64,000 nucleotides of DNA, taken from contig JAGXAR010000013.1 of assembly GCA_018971525.1 (NCBI GenBank), forward strand, positions 2,389-66,388, in the 5' to 3' direction. Under the pieces are notes generated by a model that saw nothing but the letters and a program-made list of their open reading frames with translations, had not been told where the DNA came from and searched no databases. Within the stretch, counting starts at the first letter, position 1. Every line of letters begins with the position of its first letter. The translations under genes were made by a program, and so were the position numbers. Shown piece after piece: positions 28,526-37,698 of this stretch. This DNA comes from Nitrospirota bacterium. Its GTDB lineage: Bacteria; Nitrospirota; Nitrospiria; Nitrospirales; Nitrospiraceae.

Positions 28526-30411
28526 GATGGGCGACACTCTTGAACAAATAAGTCATCCCATAGTTGGACGCTGAGGACACCGAGTAACTCTTTTCCGAAA
28601 TGCCCCTTGCCATGTTGATGCTGTTCAAGCATGTGTCGAACATGCTGAGGATTGAAGTAGCCTTTCGTGTGAAGCCTGCTCTCGGACAAGGCGTCTTCGA
28701 CAAATTCAGGCAGACGACGTTGCCATGGCCAGAATGGAGCGGATAGGCCGCGCTTCCTGCGTTTCAGGATTTCCGTGGGTAAGACACCTTCCAAAGCCCG
28801 GCGGAGAATATGCTTTTCATGAAGCCCGCGCATTTTCAGGGTGGGTGGAATCTGGCTGCACAATTCGACAAATTCATGATCGAGGAACGGCACACGTGCC
28901 TCCAGGCCATAGGACATAGAGGCAGCGTCCAGGGTTCTCGTGATGTAGTCCGTGAGACGCGAATTGATTTCCATGTACTGCAGTTGAGCAAAACGGTCCC
29001 ATCGTTCAAAATCTTTAGGAAGATGGAGTTGTTGCTCTGTATCGGTGAGAAGACTGTGGCCGCATCTGAGATGCTCGGAAAAGAGGCTATCGTGGCTCTT
29101 ATCGGACGCGTTATCGATGATCCGTATGTATCGAGCGAGGCCCATCTTGGAAGGAGCGGCGAATGCCCGGCTTGATCGAGACCATTTTCTCCTGAGGAAC
29201 GGGATGCTTGCGATGAGGCGCCGCAAACTCAGTGGAAGGTTGATGAACGGCTGAAGCAACCGTTCGACACGGTACCAATGATAACCGCCAAAGACCTCAT
29301 CCGATCCCTCTCCGGTCATGACGACTTTCACATGCTGCGCAGCTAACCTGGCGAGCAACATATGGGGGATGCCCCCCGCTGAGAGGTTTGGATCTTCACG
29401 ATGCCAAATTACTCTCGTTAACAGGTCGAAGTCGGCGGTCGTGCAGGTGGTGATGTGGTTGAGGAGATCGTAGCCTCCATACTCTGAGAGGATCTTGTTC
29501 GGACCTATCTCGTTATACAGTGGATCTTCAAATGCCACGGAGAAAGTCTGCACAGGGCCGGCTCCTAGTCGGCTCATCAATCCCGCCACTGCGCTTGAAT
29601 CGATTCCACTGCTTAAGTAGGAACCTAACGGCACATCGCTCCGGAGGTGGAGGCGAACGGACTCTTCGAGTTTGGCGCGCACCGCGTCGGCCCACTCCTG
29701 GACGCTTCGCCGAGGGCCTTCCTCTGCGATCGAAGGAAAGCAGAGATCCCAATAGCGCTGGATCGTGAGACGCCCGTTTTCATAGAGAAGATAGTGTGCC
29801 GGCTGAAGCCGCCGGATTCTGCTCAAGAGAGTTTTTGGCGCTAAGACAAACCCGACCGCAAACAGCTCCTTCATTGCACCGGCGTCAACCTGTCGTTCGA
29901 TACAACCGCTGGCGAGAATAGCTTTGTACTCAGACGCAAAAAGCAACGCGCCGGGAGTGATTGCATAGCTCAATGGCTTGATGCCGAACCGATCTCTAGC
30001 CAACATGAGCCGCCGATGACGGGAATCCCAGATAGCGAAGCTGAACATACCTCTCAGGAAATCCACACAGCGCACCCCATGGTCTTCGTACAAGTGAACG
30101 ATGACTTCGACATCCGAATTGGTCCGGAAACGATGGCCGGAGGTCTGCAGGTTACGACGCAGTTCTTGGTAGTTGTAGATTTCTCCATTGCAAACAACAG
30201 TGATAGAGCCATCTTCATTGGAAATGGGTTGATCACCGGTTTGCAGGTCGATGATGCTCAGTCGGCGGAAGCCGAGACCGACACCCGGCCCAACAAAGTA
30301 CCCGTCCCCATCCGGTCCACGGTGAGTCATCATGTTTGTCATGCGATGAAGCATATCCCGGTCGACCGGCCTCTTAGGAGCTGAATACACAACGCCGCAC
30401 AATCCGCACAT
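28522..30411 (-). CDS. Asparagine synthase (glutamine-hydrolysing)-family amidotransferase
   Basis: MCGLCG N-terminal Cys nucleophile and YLSSGIDSSAVAG PP-loop. 629 aa. Confidence 0.85.
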   Translation of the reverse strand: MCGLCGVVYSAPKRPVDRDMLHRMTNMMTHRGPDGDGYFVGPGVGLGFRRLSIIDLQTGDQPISNEDGSITVVCNGEIYNYQELRRNLQTSGHRFRTNSDVEVIVHLYEDHGVRCVDFLRGMFSFAIWDSRHRRLMLARDRFGIKPLSYAITPGALLFASEYKAILASGCIERQVDAGAMKELFAVGFVLAPKTLLSRIRRLQPAHYLLYENGRLTIQRYWDLCFPSIAEEGPRRSVQEWADAVRAKLEESVRLHLRSDVPLGSYLSSGIDSSAVAGLMSRLGAGPVQTFSVAFEDPLYNEIGPNKILSEYGGYDLLNHITTCTTADFDLLTRVIWHREDPNLSAGGIPHMLLARLAAQHVKVVMTGEGSDEVFGGYHWYRVERLLQPFINLPLSLRRLIASIPFLRRKWSRSSRAFAAPSKMGLARYIRIIDNASDKSHDSLFSEHLRCGHSLLTDTEQQLHLPKDFERWDRFAQLQYMEINSRLTDYITRTLDAASMSYGLEARVPFLDHEFVELCSQIPPTLKMRGLHEKHILRRALEGVLPTEILKRRKRGLSAPFWPWQRRLPEFVEDALSESRLHTKGYFNPQHVRHMLEQHQHGKGHFGKELLGVLSVQLWDDLFVQECRPS

Positions 30412-30444
30412 AGTTACTCCTGCTCTCGGCTGTCCCTGTTCCTC

Positions 30445-31752
30445 TTAACCGACGCTTGCTGAAATTCGTTCCGACCCGGCGCCATTTTTGATGACCTGCA
30501 AATCAAAGCCGGGACTGAGCTCATCGCAGTGGTCACACACAATCGTCTTGCTACAGTGTGTCTTCCAACACCCAATCTCGCCGAATTGGGCGAAACAGAT
30601 TCGTGAAAGGTGGTCTGTTGCTCGTCCCCGCAAGAGCACGAGATCCCCATGGCGAAGTTCCGATTTCAGATGCTCAGCCGCCATCAACAGATTTGCAAAA
30701 CCATGCACCCTGTCAGGGTGCATGCCTGCCGCCACGGCGGCCCTGGCCGCATGATGCGCATGATCACTGACAAATATCGCCACGTCGGCCACGCGAGAGG
30801 CTATGCGACCAAGTTCTTTGCTCCGGTCACGCGGTTTCAGTGATTTCTTATGCCACCCGGTAACATCACTGATGACCATCACCCGTCTTGCTGCTTGAGC
30901 ATCTCCCAGGACCTTCACGGCTGCTTGCCAGGTATCGTAGGAGCCGTTCAATTCATCCCGTATCATCGTCGCGCCATTGGGCAATTTGATTGGTTGCATC
31001 CGCGCGGGAAACGGCTCCACATTGCCTACTGCAGCAGTGGCAGCTTTTAGCGGAACCCCGCAGGCCAGCGCCCCTGCAATCCCAGCCAGCACCGAACTGG
31101 CCCAGTGCCGACCGACCAGTTTCGTCCTGATCCACTCTACCTCAGTCCTTGTGTGCACGCGGAGCGTCAAGGTCTCAGGCCAGGAAGAAGACACTTCATC
31201 CGCCCATAGATCCTGTCCAGCCAACAGTCCGAATGTTTTCACCTGGCATCGACGACCTGAAGCCATCCGTCCAACTCTCGAATCATCAGCGTTGAGAATC
31301 GCCAACCCACTCGGGAGTAACGCATCAAGGAGAGACGATTTCTCCGCTGCAATTTGCTCAAGAGATGAAAATACTTTCGTGTGGCTTTTCGCGACTGTCA
31401 AGATGATGGCCACATGAGGACGCACCAATCGAGCCGATCTCTTGATCAACCCCGGCCCGTCTGTTCCCATCTCAATGACTGCGAAGCGGTGCCATGGTCG
31501 TACCCGCATCATAGTGAGAGGCACTCCGTAGCGATCATTTTGATTGTTCAGTGTCGACACTGTGCTGAACTGAGTGGACAGAATCGCAGCCATGCATTCC
31601 TTTGCGGTGGTTTTCCCGACACTGCCGGTGATGGCAATGAATGTGGTGCGAAACAGCATCCGCCGCCATAGATACGCCAACGCATAGAAGAGCCAAAGGC
31701 GGCACGACCAGAGAAGCGCTCCTACATTGATAGCACGCACTCGATAACTCAT
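30445..31752 (-). CDS. Mur-ligase-family protein (MurF-like core) with Cys-rich C-terminal tail
   Basis: IAITGSVGKTTAKECMA P-loop of Mur ligases. The C-terminus reads CWKTHCSKTIVCDHC. Confidence 0.75.
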   Translation of the reverse strand: MSYRVRAINVGALLWSCRLWLFYALAYLWRRMLFRTTFIAITGSVGKTTAKECMAAILSTQFSTVSTLNNQNDRYGVPLTMMRVRPWHRFAVIEMGTDGPGLIKRSARLVRPHVAIILTVAKSHTKVFSSLEQIAAEKSSLLDALLPSGLAILNADDSRVGRMASGRRCQVKTFGLLAGQDLWADEVSSSWPETLTLRVHTRTEVEWIRTKLVGRHWASSVLAGIAGALACGVPLKAATAAVGNVEPFPARMQPIKLPNGATMIRDELNGSYDTWQAAVKVLGDAQAARRVMVISDVTGWHKKSLKPRDRSKELGRIASRVADVAIFVSDHAHHAARAAVAAGMHPDRVHGFANLLMAAEHLKSELRHGDLVLLRGRATDHLSRICFAQFGEIGCWKTHCSKTIVCDHCDELSPGFDLQVIKNGAGSERISASVG

Positions 31753-31802
31753 CTCGCACCTTAATATGTTTGATAAGAATCAGACCCGGCGGCGGCTATG
31801 TT

Positions 31803-32993
31803 CTAAGATGTTCCCTCGTCCATCATCGGTTGGCGACCAGACTCAGTAAGGAGGTAGAGCTGATGTAGGCCTCCGATCCATAGCGATCGGGGACTCTGAG
31901 ACTCGTCCGCATGGATCGCAGACAAGCGTCGTTCGTCCCGAAAAATAAGGCCCGTATGAGAGAGAAAGTCCTTCACCACGCCGTTCACGCTATTCCAACG
32001 GACCAAGAGATCGTAGGACGTGTCAGTCTTGTCATACAGAACATTCCCCCATTTGCGTTTATAGCGAACCAATCCGTCGTGCAGTGAAGGCCGGGCGCCT
32101 CTGAAATCTACTTCTGCACAACTCAACTGGCCGGCATGCGCGATGCTGTAATAATAGAGTGCCGCCATTATTCCTCTCTTGTTCAGCGGGAGCTCACCCG
32201 TAGCCATGCCTATGGCCTGAAGGTCGAGTGTGTCGTTTTTCTGTTCGAAGAGCATGCCAGCAAGTGGATGCTTGTCCCGAATGACCCAGAGAATTCCCCC
32301 TTTTCGGAGACTACGTCGCAAGTCGTACCGGCTCTTGACGAAAGCCATTGCTCCGTGACGGGCTCGCGAGAAGGGGACGTACATGGAATCGTAGAACTCT
32401 TGAAACCGTTCCTCCCGCTCGGTGACCAGCGGTTGTAGCTTGTGCTTGCGGGCCAGGCGCATATCCTCGCGGATACTACGGTTGCAACGCACCAATGAAT
32501 CGAGATCCTCCGGTACAGCGAGCCGCATGCCGACCCATTCAGGAACCGCGAGATAGTCCCTCCCGGGAAATTTCTGCGCCGACAATCGGTCTACACGGGC
32601 GATAGTCAGATCGGCTGACGCGCGCAGGCGATCTAGCAGAGCAGGCAGTTCCCATGACAACACATTTCCGACCAGTTCGCGTTGGGGCTTCCCAACGAAA
32701 AACCTGCTCGGCAAGTAGCTGACCCAGGGATCATGTCCCGCCACCAGCAGTGTCCCCTGTCGACCAGATTGATTGGTTGCTCCCCGCAGCAACACGACAG
32801 GGATCCGTCGCAGTCCCAGGCGGGCCACTGCAAAAAGGCCGTAGCGCGTGAGCAGGATTTGTGCTTTGCCAGAAAGGCGGGAGATGGTCCAATCGACCAC
32901 CTTGCTTGCTAGCTGATTCATGCCCTCCCTCTGCTCCTTTTCATTCGACGGACCGCCACAACATTCGCTAAGGGCTGCGAGGCCCCATCGCAC
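31803..32993 (-). CDS. FemAB/BioF2-like GNAT-fold acyltransferase (CelD-like)
   Basis: The C-terminal ...AEVDFRGARPSLHDGLVRYKRKWG matches the FDFG...YK..WG pattern of FemAB-like acetyltransferase domains. Start is uncertain: GTG 32993 or ATG 32921. Confidence 0.55.
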   Translation of the reverse strand: MRWGLAALSECCGGPSNEKEQREGMNQLASKVVDWTISRLSGKAQILLTRYGLFAVARLGLRRIPVVLLRGATNQSGRQGTLLVAGHDPWVSYLPSRFFVGKPQRELVGNVLSWELPALLDRLRASADLTIARVDRLSAQKFPGRDYLAVPEWVGMRLAVPEDLDSLVRCNRSIREDMRLARKHKLQPLVTEREERFQEFYDSMYVPFSRARHGAMAFVKSRYDLRRSLRKGGILWVIRDKHPLAGMLFEQKNDTLDLQAIGMATGELPLNKRGIMAALYYYSIAHAGQLSCAEVDFRGARPSLHDGLVRYKRKWGNVLYDKTDTSYDLLVRWNSVNGVVKDFLSHTGLIFRDERRLSAIHADESQSPRSLWIGGLHQLYLLTESGRQPMMDEGTS

Positions 32994-32999
32994 TAGGCT

Positions 33000-34277
33000 C
33001 TAAGAATCGCCCTTAATAGACAGCTTGGAAATAAAGCTCCTGAACTTTGGCGTGTCGTTCCGGAAGCCACTCACGCATTGAATGTCTACCCTGACGGGCT
33101 CACCCAAATGCTCCATGAAGCGAGATCGCAACTGCACTAGTGCGTCCTTGTTTGGATCTCCGCGAAACGCCAGCTCCACAACGAGGTGCTCCGCACTTTC
33201 CTGGATGATGCGATATTGCTCGAGTCTGTCCAGCTTCCTCAGGATGAAGGTGAACGGCCAGAGAGATACGATCTTCCCGCTGGGGAGCTTCACCGCGTCG
33301 TCCAATCTGCCGAGAGGAGAGCTGATCAAAGGGAACGGTGATCCACAGGAACATGGCTTCTTCGTGATCTTGTATACGTCTCCGAGGCGATAGCGAATGA
33401 AGGGTTGCGCCAAAGCAGTCAGGCTGGTGACGACCGCTTCGCCGGAGATTCCTGGTTCGCCGGGATACTTGGAATTTGAACACTCAAGAATCACATGGTC
33501 TTCGTTGACATGAAGCCCCTCGTGCGCCGGGCATTCAGCTGCAATCCTCCCAACCTCATTCGCACCATAGAAGTTGAACATTTCTGTCTTGAGATTGCCG
33601 TGAATACCGGCCTTCAGTATTTCGTCGCACACTTCCGCTGAAGTGATAAGCATCCTCGGGTTGACGACCGTGTCTAGGCGATAGTTCACTCTGCACAACA
33701 GCGCTTTGAGAACCGTCGGGTAGGCCCACAGGATCGTGGGCCGGCTGCGTTTCAGCTGGTCGATTTGATCGTCCAAAGAAAGAGTCGGGGGAATATTGAC
33801 GCTACGATAGAAACCCAAACGCTGGTGGAACCGCACGGCATGTGGTTGAGCGGGGCCGAGTACCGCCAGACGATCCTGCGGGCGGAATCCGATCGACAGC
33901 AATGTCCGAAATTCAATCAGCTGCCTCCTTCTCAACTCGCGGCCTGTCAGATAGATCGCAAACGGCTTTCCTGTCGTTCCACTGGTATGCACCACCTGAC
34001 AGGCTGCAAGATCGATCCCCTTCGCGGTGCTGCGTTCCACGCCTGCCGCCCTGAGATCGTCTTTCGTCGTGATCGGTATGTGCTGGAGGTCTTTGACGGT
34101 TCGGATATCATCCGGCAACAGTCCGGCTGACTGAAAGAGCGACCGGTAGTAGGGCACATTCTCATATGCGTGCCGAATCAGGGCCTGAAGCTTTCGATCC
34201 CGCACAGCTTCTAACTCCAGAGAAGGCAGCCCCCGATTGTTCATCAACCGTCGAAGTTCGAGCGCCTCGCCGATCAT
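33000..34277 (-). CDS. Adenylate-forming enzyme, PaaK/CapK/F390-synthetase family (copy 2)
   Basis: HTSGTTGKPF loop and CSCG motif. Start reset to ATG 34277 (ATGA overlap with the upstream paralog). Confidence 0.8.
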   Translation of the reverse strand: MIGEALELRRLMNNRGLPSLELEAVRDRKLQALIRHAYENVPYYRSLFQSAGLLPDDIRTVKDLQHIPITTKDDLRAAGVERSTAKGIDLAACQVVHTSGTTGKPFAIYLTGRELRRRQLIEFRTLLSIGFRPQDRLAVLGPAQPHAVRFHQRLGFYRSVNIPPTLSLDDQIDQLKRSRPTILWAYPTVLKALLCRVNYRLDTVVNPRMLITSAEVCDEILKAGIHGNLKTEMFNFYGANEVGRIAAECPAHEGLHVNEDHVILECSNSKYPGEPGISGEAVVTSLTALAQPFIRYRLGDVYKITKKPCSCGSPFPLISSPLGRLDDAVKLPSGKIVSLWPFTFILRKLDRLEQYRIIQESAEHLVVELAFRGDPNKDALVQLRSRFMEHLGEPVRVDIQCVSGFRNDTPKFRSFISKLSIKGDS

Positions 34278-35623
34278 ATCGACACACCCTGCTTGCACTT
34301 CGACATAACGGGTCTGAACTTGCCGGATGCTTCGGGCTCCAATGCGGTATAGAATTCGCACTCGATCACAGCCGACTCCCCAAGCAGTCGTCGCAAGTCA
34401 GCATGAATATCGCCGACGACCAGCTGATACGATTGATAATCCACCGTGACAAGCTTCAGCTCAAATCGCTCCGGCTTATGTTGGATGAATTGGTATTTCA
34501 ACACTTCATTTCTCCGGCTCAACGTTGCCCAAACCGCCCGGGGATGAACAAACCCCCCGTTTGCCAGAAAGAGAATATCCTCTACCCTGCCTTCAAGTTC
34601 AGAAAGCAGAGGCAAGACGCGGCCACATGAGCAATTCCCAGTCGCGAGGGATGCGACATCCCCGAGACGATAGTTGAGAAGGACAGTTCCTTTGTTGACG
34701 AGATTAGAAATCACCACCTCCCCCTTATCTCCGGCCGGGATATCCTCGCCGTTCGCGTTCATAATTCTTACATGACAGAGGTCATCATGGAGATGAAAGC
34801 CATGCCGCGCTTCGCAAAGAAATCCGATCTTGAAAGCTTCTACCGCGTTGTACATTGAGAGGACTGGTACGCCAAACTCCTTCTCGATAAGCGCCTTCCC
34901 GGCTTCAGTCATACATTCCGCTCCATAGAACAACACCCGCGGGAGATGCATCTGGATTCCCTTGAACCTCAGGGTCCTGAAGAACGCCTCCCAATAGGAG
35001 CCATAGCCGACGAGGACGTCAGGCCGAAAAGAATTGATCGCATCGACGACCTGCTCGATGGGCTGCAAGACATCTAACAGCAGGCGCGGCCTGGAAGAAG
35101 AAGCAAACGTATGCTTTTGATAATAGTCCCAGACTTTGGTGATCGTAGACCTAGGCCGGACGATGTAAGCCTCTCTGAGCCCAAACCTTTTTCCGCATAT
35201 GGTCGAAAACACAGATCTTTCGCGTTCCCCGTACGCGATGTTGGCGAGAAGCGAGTCGTGATCATGGTGAATCGTGGAGGGCTCGCCGGTGGAACCGCTC
35301 GTCGTAAACGCGATGGAGTTCTTCCCTCGCCTCGATGTAGAGATAAAGAGAGGTGGGTTCTTACGGACTGTTAACTTCTCTACCAAGGGAATGCGGCGAA
35401 GATCATGGACCGTTTTGATGCTCCTCGGATCAATGCCTTCCCTTCGAAAGAGATTCTGGTAGTAGGGGACTGTGTTCGCTGCGTAGGTGACGACCCCTCT
35501 GAGCCTCGCATCGCGAAGAGCCCACAACTCCTCTTCGGATCGGTAAGGAATGCCTCGCTGACCACGCAAGTTCGCGCAAACCACGCCGCTTCCGTACACC
35601 TTGCGTAGAAAGTCTCTAATCAT
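34274..35623 (-). CDS. Adenylate-forming enzyme, PaaK/CapK/F390-synthetase family (copy 1)
   Basis: TTSGSTGEPS loop and CSCG motif. The N-terminal ...TVPYYQNLF is typical of the family. Confidence 0.8.
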   Translation of the reverse strand: MIRDFLRKVYGSGVVCANLRGQRGIPYRSEEELWALRDARLRGVVTYAANTVPYYQNLFRREGIDPRSIKTVHDLRRIPLVEKLTVRKNPPLFISTSRRGKNSIAFTTSGSTGEPSTIHHDHDSLLANIAYGERERSVFSTICGKRFGLREAYIVRPRSTITKVWDYYQKHTFASSSRPRLLLDVLQPIEQVVDAINSFRPDVLVGYGSYWEAFFRTLRFKGIQMHLPRVLFYGAECMTEAGKALIEKEFGVPVLSMYNAVEAFKIGFLCEARHGFHLHDDLCHVRIMNANGEDIPAGDKGEVVISNLVNKGTVLLNYRLGDVASLATGNCSCGRVLPLLSELEGRVEDILFLANGGFVHPRAVWATLSRRNEVLKYQFIQHKPERFELKLVTVDYQSYQLVVGDIHADLRRLLGESAVIECEFYTALEPEASGKFRPVMSKCKQGVSI

Positions 35624-36434
35624 CGTGCTCCCCGTCCGGAGAAATCCTCCTCTTCTCAGCTCGCAGGGCGATGAAGTGCCCGGTCAGATAGCGCGTCGGC
35701 CATTGCGACATTCTTTCGAACATCCGCAGCCAGCGCAAATAATGTTGTTGTGCGGGAGGCTTTGTATGTGAACACAAGATCTTTGCGACGAGTACGGCGA
35801 TCATGCGGGGGCAGTGCAGCACAGCCGTGACATCCCTCACTTCGAAGCCTGCCTCCCGCAGCAATCTCTGTAACCGCCGGGGACCGCATGTGGCGCCAAC
35901 AAAGTAGGGAACGATACCCAACCGGTTCAATAGTTTGAACGGCAGATGGTTACGAACCGCAATAATCGGATTCGCGAGATTATCCAAAGTCACGATGAGC
36001 TGCCCGTCCTTGCGAAGCACTCGATGCAATTCCCGCAAACTCACAGAGATCTCCTCCAGCGTCTGAAAATGATCCAGCGTTGAATTCGACACCACAACAT
36101 CGAACGACTCCCGTCGGAACGGCAGATCGCGTACATCGGCACAGGCCCCACGAACGCGCACCTCGCCACGACAGGCCAATTGTACGTTCTTGAATGACAG
36201 ATCCATCCCGACGACACTGTGGGCGCGGGCCTGCAGGAATCTAGTGAGACCTTCTCCCACCGCTTCGTCAAACGTATCGGTCTTTAACAGCCGAGGAACT
36301 GGCTGTTCGGGAAGCCAACGAAGGAGAAGGGATTGATTGATCGCGTCACTATGTTTCCGCCAGAGGCGATCCGGGCGGGTCTTTTTCCATTCGTCCGCAA
36401 TGGACTCCCAGTAGCTCGTCTCCTCAAGTATCAC
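35616..36434 (-). CDS. Class I SAM-dependent methyltransferase
   Basis: VVGMDLS and FDVVVSNSTLDHF motifs. Start reset to GTG 36434, 7 nt downstream of GGGGAGG (the ORF-track start is TTG 36491). Confidence 0.7.
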   Translation of the reverse strand: MILEETSYWESIADEWKKTRPDRLWRKHSDAINQSLLLRWLPEQPVPRLLKTDTFDEAVGEGLTRFLQARAHSVVGMDLSFKNVQLACRGEVRVRGACADVRDLPFRRESFDVVVSNSTLDHFQTLEEISVSLRELHRVLRKDGQLIVTLDNLANPIIAVRNHLPFKLLNRLGIVPYFVGATCGPRRLQRLLREAGFEVRDVTAVLHCPRMIAVLVAKILCSHTKPPAQQHYLRWLRMFERMSQWPTRYLTGHFIALRAEKRRISPDGEHDD

Positions 36435-36670
36435 TATGTAGCCTCCCCACCTAAACAATGGCAGTGTAGGGCGTTTAGGTCTTGCCCACAATACCTCCCC
36501 GCTAGAGCAAGGCCCTACAGAAGAGGGGTGGCCGCCCTCACCGCTCTATTCGGCATTGCTGATTGGAAACCGCACGCGAAGGCATTTCCGCAATGTGCTA
36601 CCAAGAGAACCAACAGCCCGGTCGGAAGGTCGGGGAAGGAGGAACAGTTAGAACTTTTTCAGCCGAGAGG

Positions 36671-37684
36671 TCAGTGTGGCCGGTCTCGCGCATCTCTGCC
36701 GCGCAGCGAACGATGTCCCCGATCCATCATGGCAAGGCACAGCAGCCCGATTCCGATCCAGACCAGCTCGCGGAAGCGCCGGAGCAACGCGAAGGTGATG
36801 CCGGTGACGTCGGTGTAGCCGAAGGCTTTCAACAGAAGCAGATTGCCGCCGTCTTGCGCGCCAAGGCTGCCGGGGATGAAGAAGGTGCCCCCTTTGATGA
36901 AGACAGAGAGCGCCCCGATAGAAACGGCAGAGGGCGCCATCGCCGGCCCACCGAGATAATAGATGATGACGTACACTTCCAGCGCTTCCGCCATCCAACC
37001 AAGGAAGAAGAGCCCGGTGGAGGTATAAAAGGCCGGACGGTTATGGCTGTAGAATTCCAAGATCGTTCGATCCAGCGACCGTAACTTTTCCTCGTGTGCT
37101 TCGAGATAGGCAATTTTCAGCCCGATCTTCCGTAGAACTTCCAATATCCACGTAAAGAGCCCTCGCCGCTGCACGAACACGAAGGCCGCAGTCCCGAAGG
37201 CCAGCAGGCCCACGCTCAAGAGTGCTGCGGCCACGATCCGACCGGATGAATCCCTCCCACCTATCACCCACACACCCAAAACGATGCCGAGCAGAATGAA
37301 CAACACTTCGGCAATCGTCATCGTCGTTTTCGCAATGACGACCGAGGCGAGCCCTTCCACCATCGGCACATCGTGCTTCTTGAGCAGATAAGCCTTGAGC
37401 GGCTCGCCCCCGACGTAGGCGGTCGGCGTGGTCATGTTCACCACCTCACCAGCGGTCCGGATCGCGAGCACCCGCCAAAATGGAATATTCTTAGCCGAGG
37501 GGCCAAGCGTGACTTTCCAACCGTAGGCTTCGACGGCGTACATGACGACGGAAGGAATCAGCAGGACGAGGAGCGCGACCGGCCCCAATTGCGCCGCCGC
37601 GTCGTAGATGCGCCCAAGCCCGATATGCCACACGAGGAAACCAAGGGTGAGGAGACCGAGGACGAGTAGGAGATATCGCAGCAC
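36671..37684 (-). CDS. Flippase-like polytopic membrane protein (lysylphosphatidylglycerol-synthase TM-region family)
   Basis: 337-aa ORF with GTG start, about 8 TM helices and an N-terminal LLLVLGLLTLGFLVWHIG pattern typical of this family. Confidence 0.55.
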   Translation of the reverse strand: MLRYLLLVLGLLTLGFLVWHIGLGRIYDAAAQLGPVALLVLLIPSVVMYAVEAYGWKVTLGPSAKNIPFWRVLAIRTAGEVVNMTTPTAYVGGEPLKAYLLKKHDVPMVEGLASVVIAKTTMTIAEVLFILLGIVLGVWVIGGRDSSGRIVAAALLSVGLLAFGTAAFVFVQRRGLFTWILEVLRKIGLKIAYLEAHEEKLRSLDRTILEFYSHNRPAFYTSTGLFFLGWMAEALEVYVIIYYLGGPAMAPSAVSIGALSVFIKGGTFFIPGSLGAQDGGNLLLLKAFGYTDVTGITFALLRRFRELVWIGIGLLCLAMMDRGHRSLRGRDARDRPH

Positions 37685-37698
37685 GCGCGGCTAGGCAC

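Noticed and set aside
200-36434. Interpreting the locus as a PEP-CTERM/exosortase EPS system.
   Set aside because: AsnB-like, FemAB-like and AMP-ligase genes fit that idea. However, no exosortase (EpsH/XrtA-like polytopic protease), no PEP-CTERM substrate and no Wzz/Wza-type genes are visible in the window.
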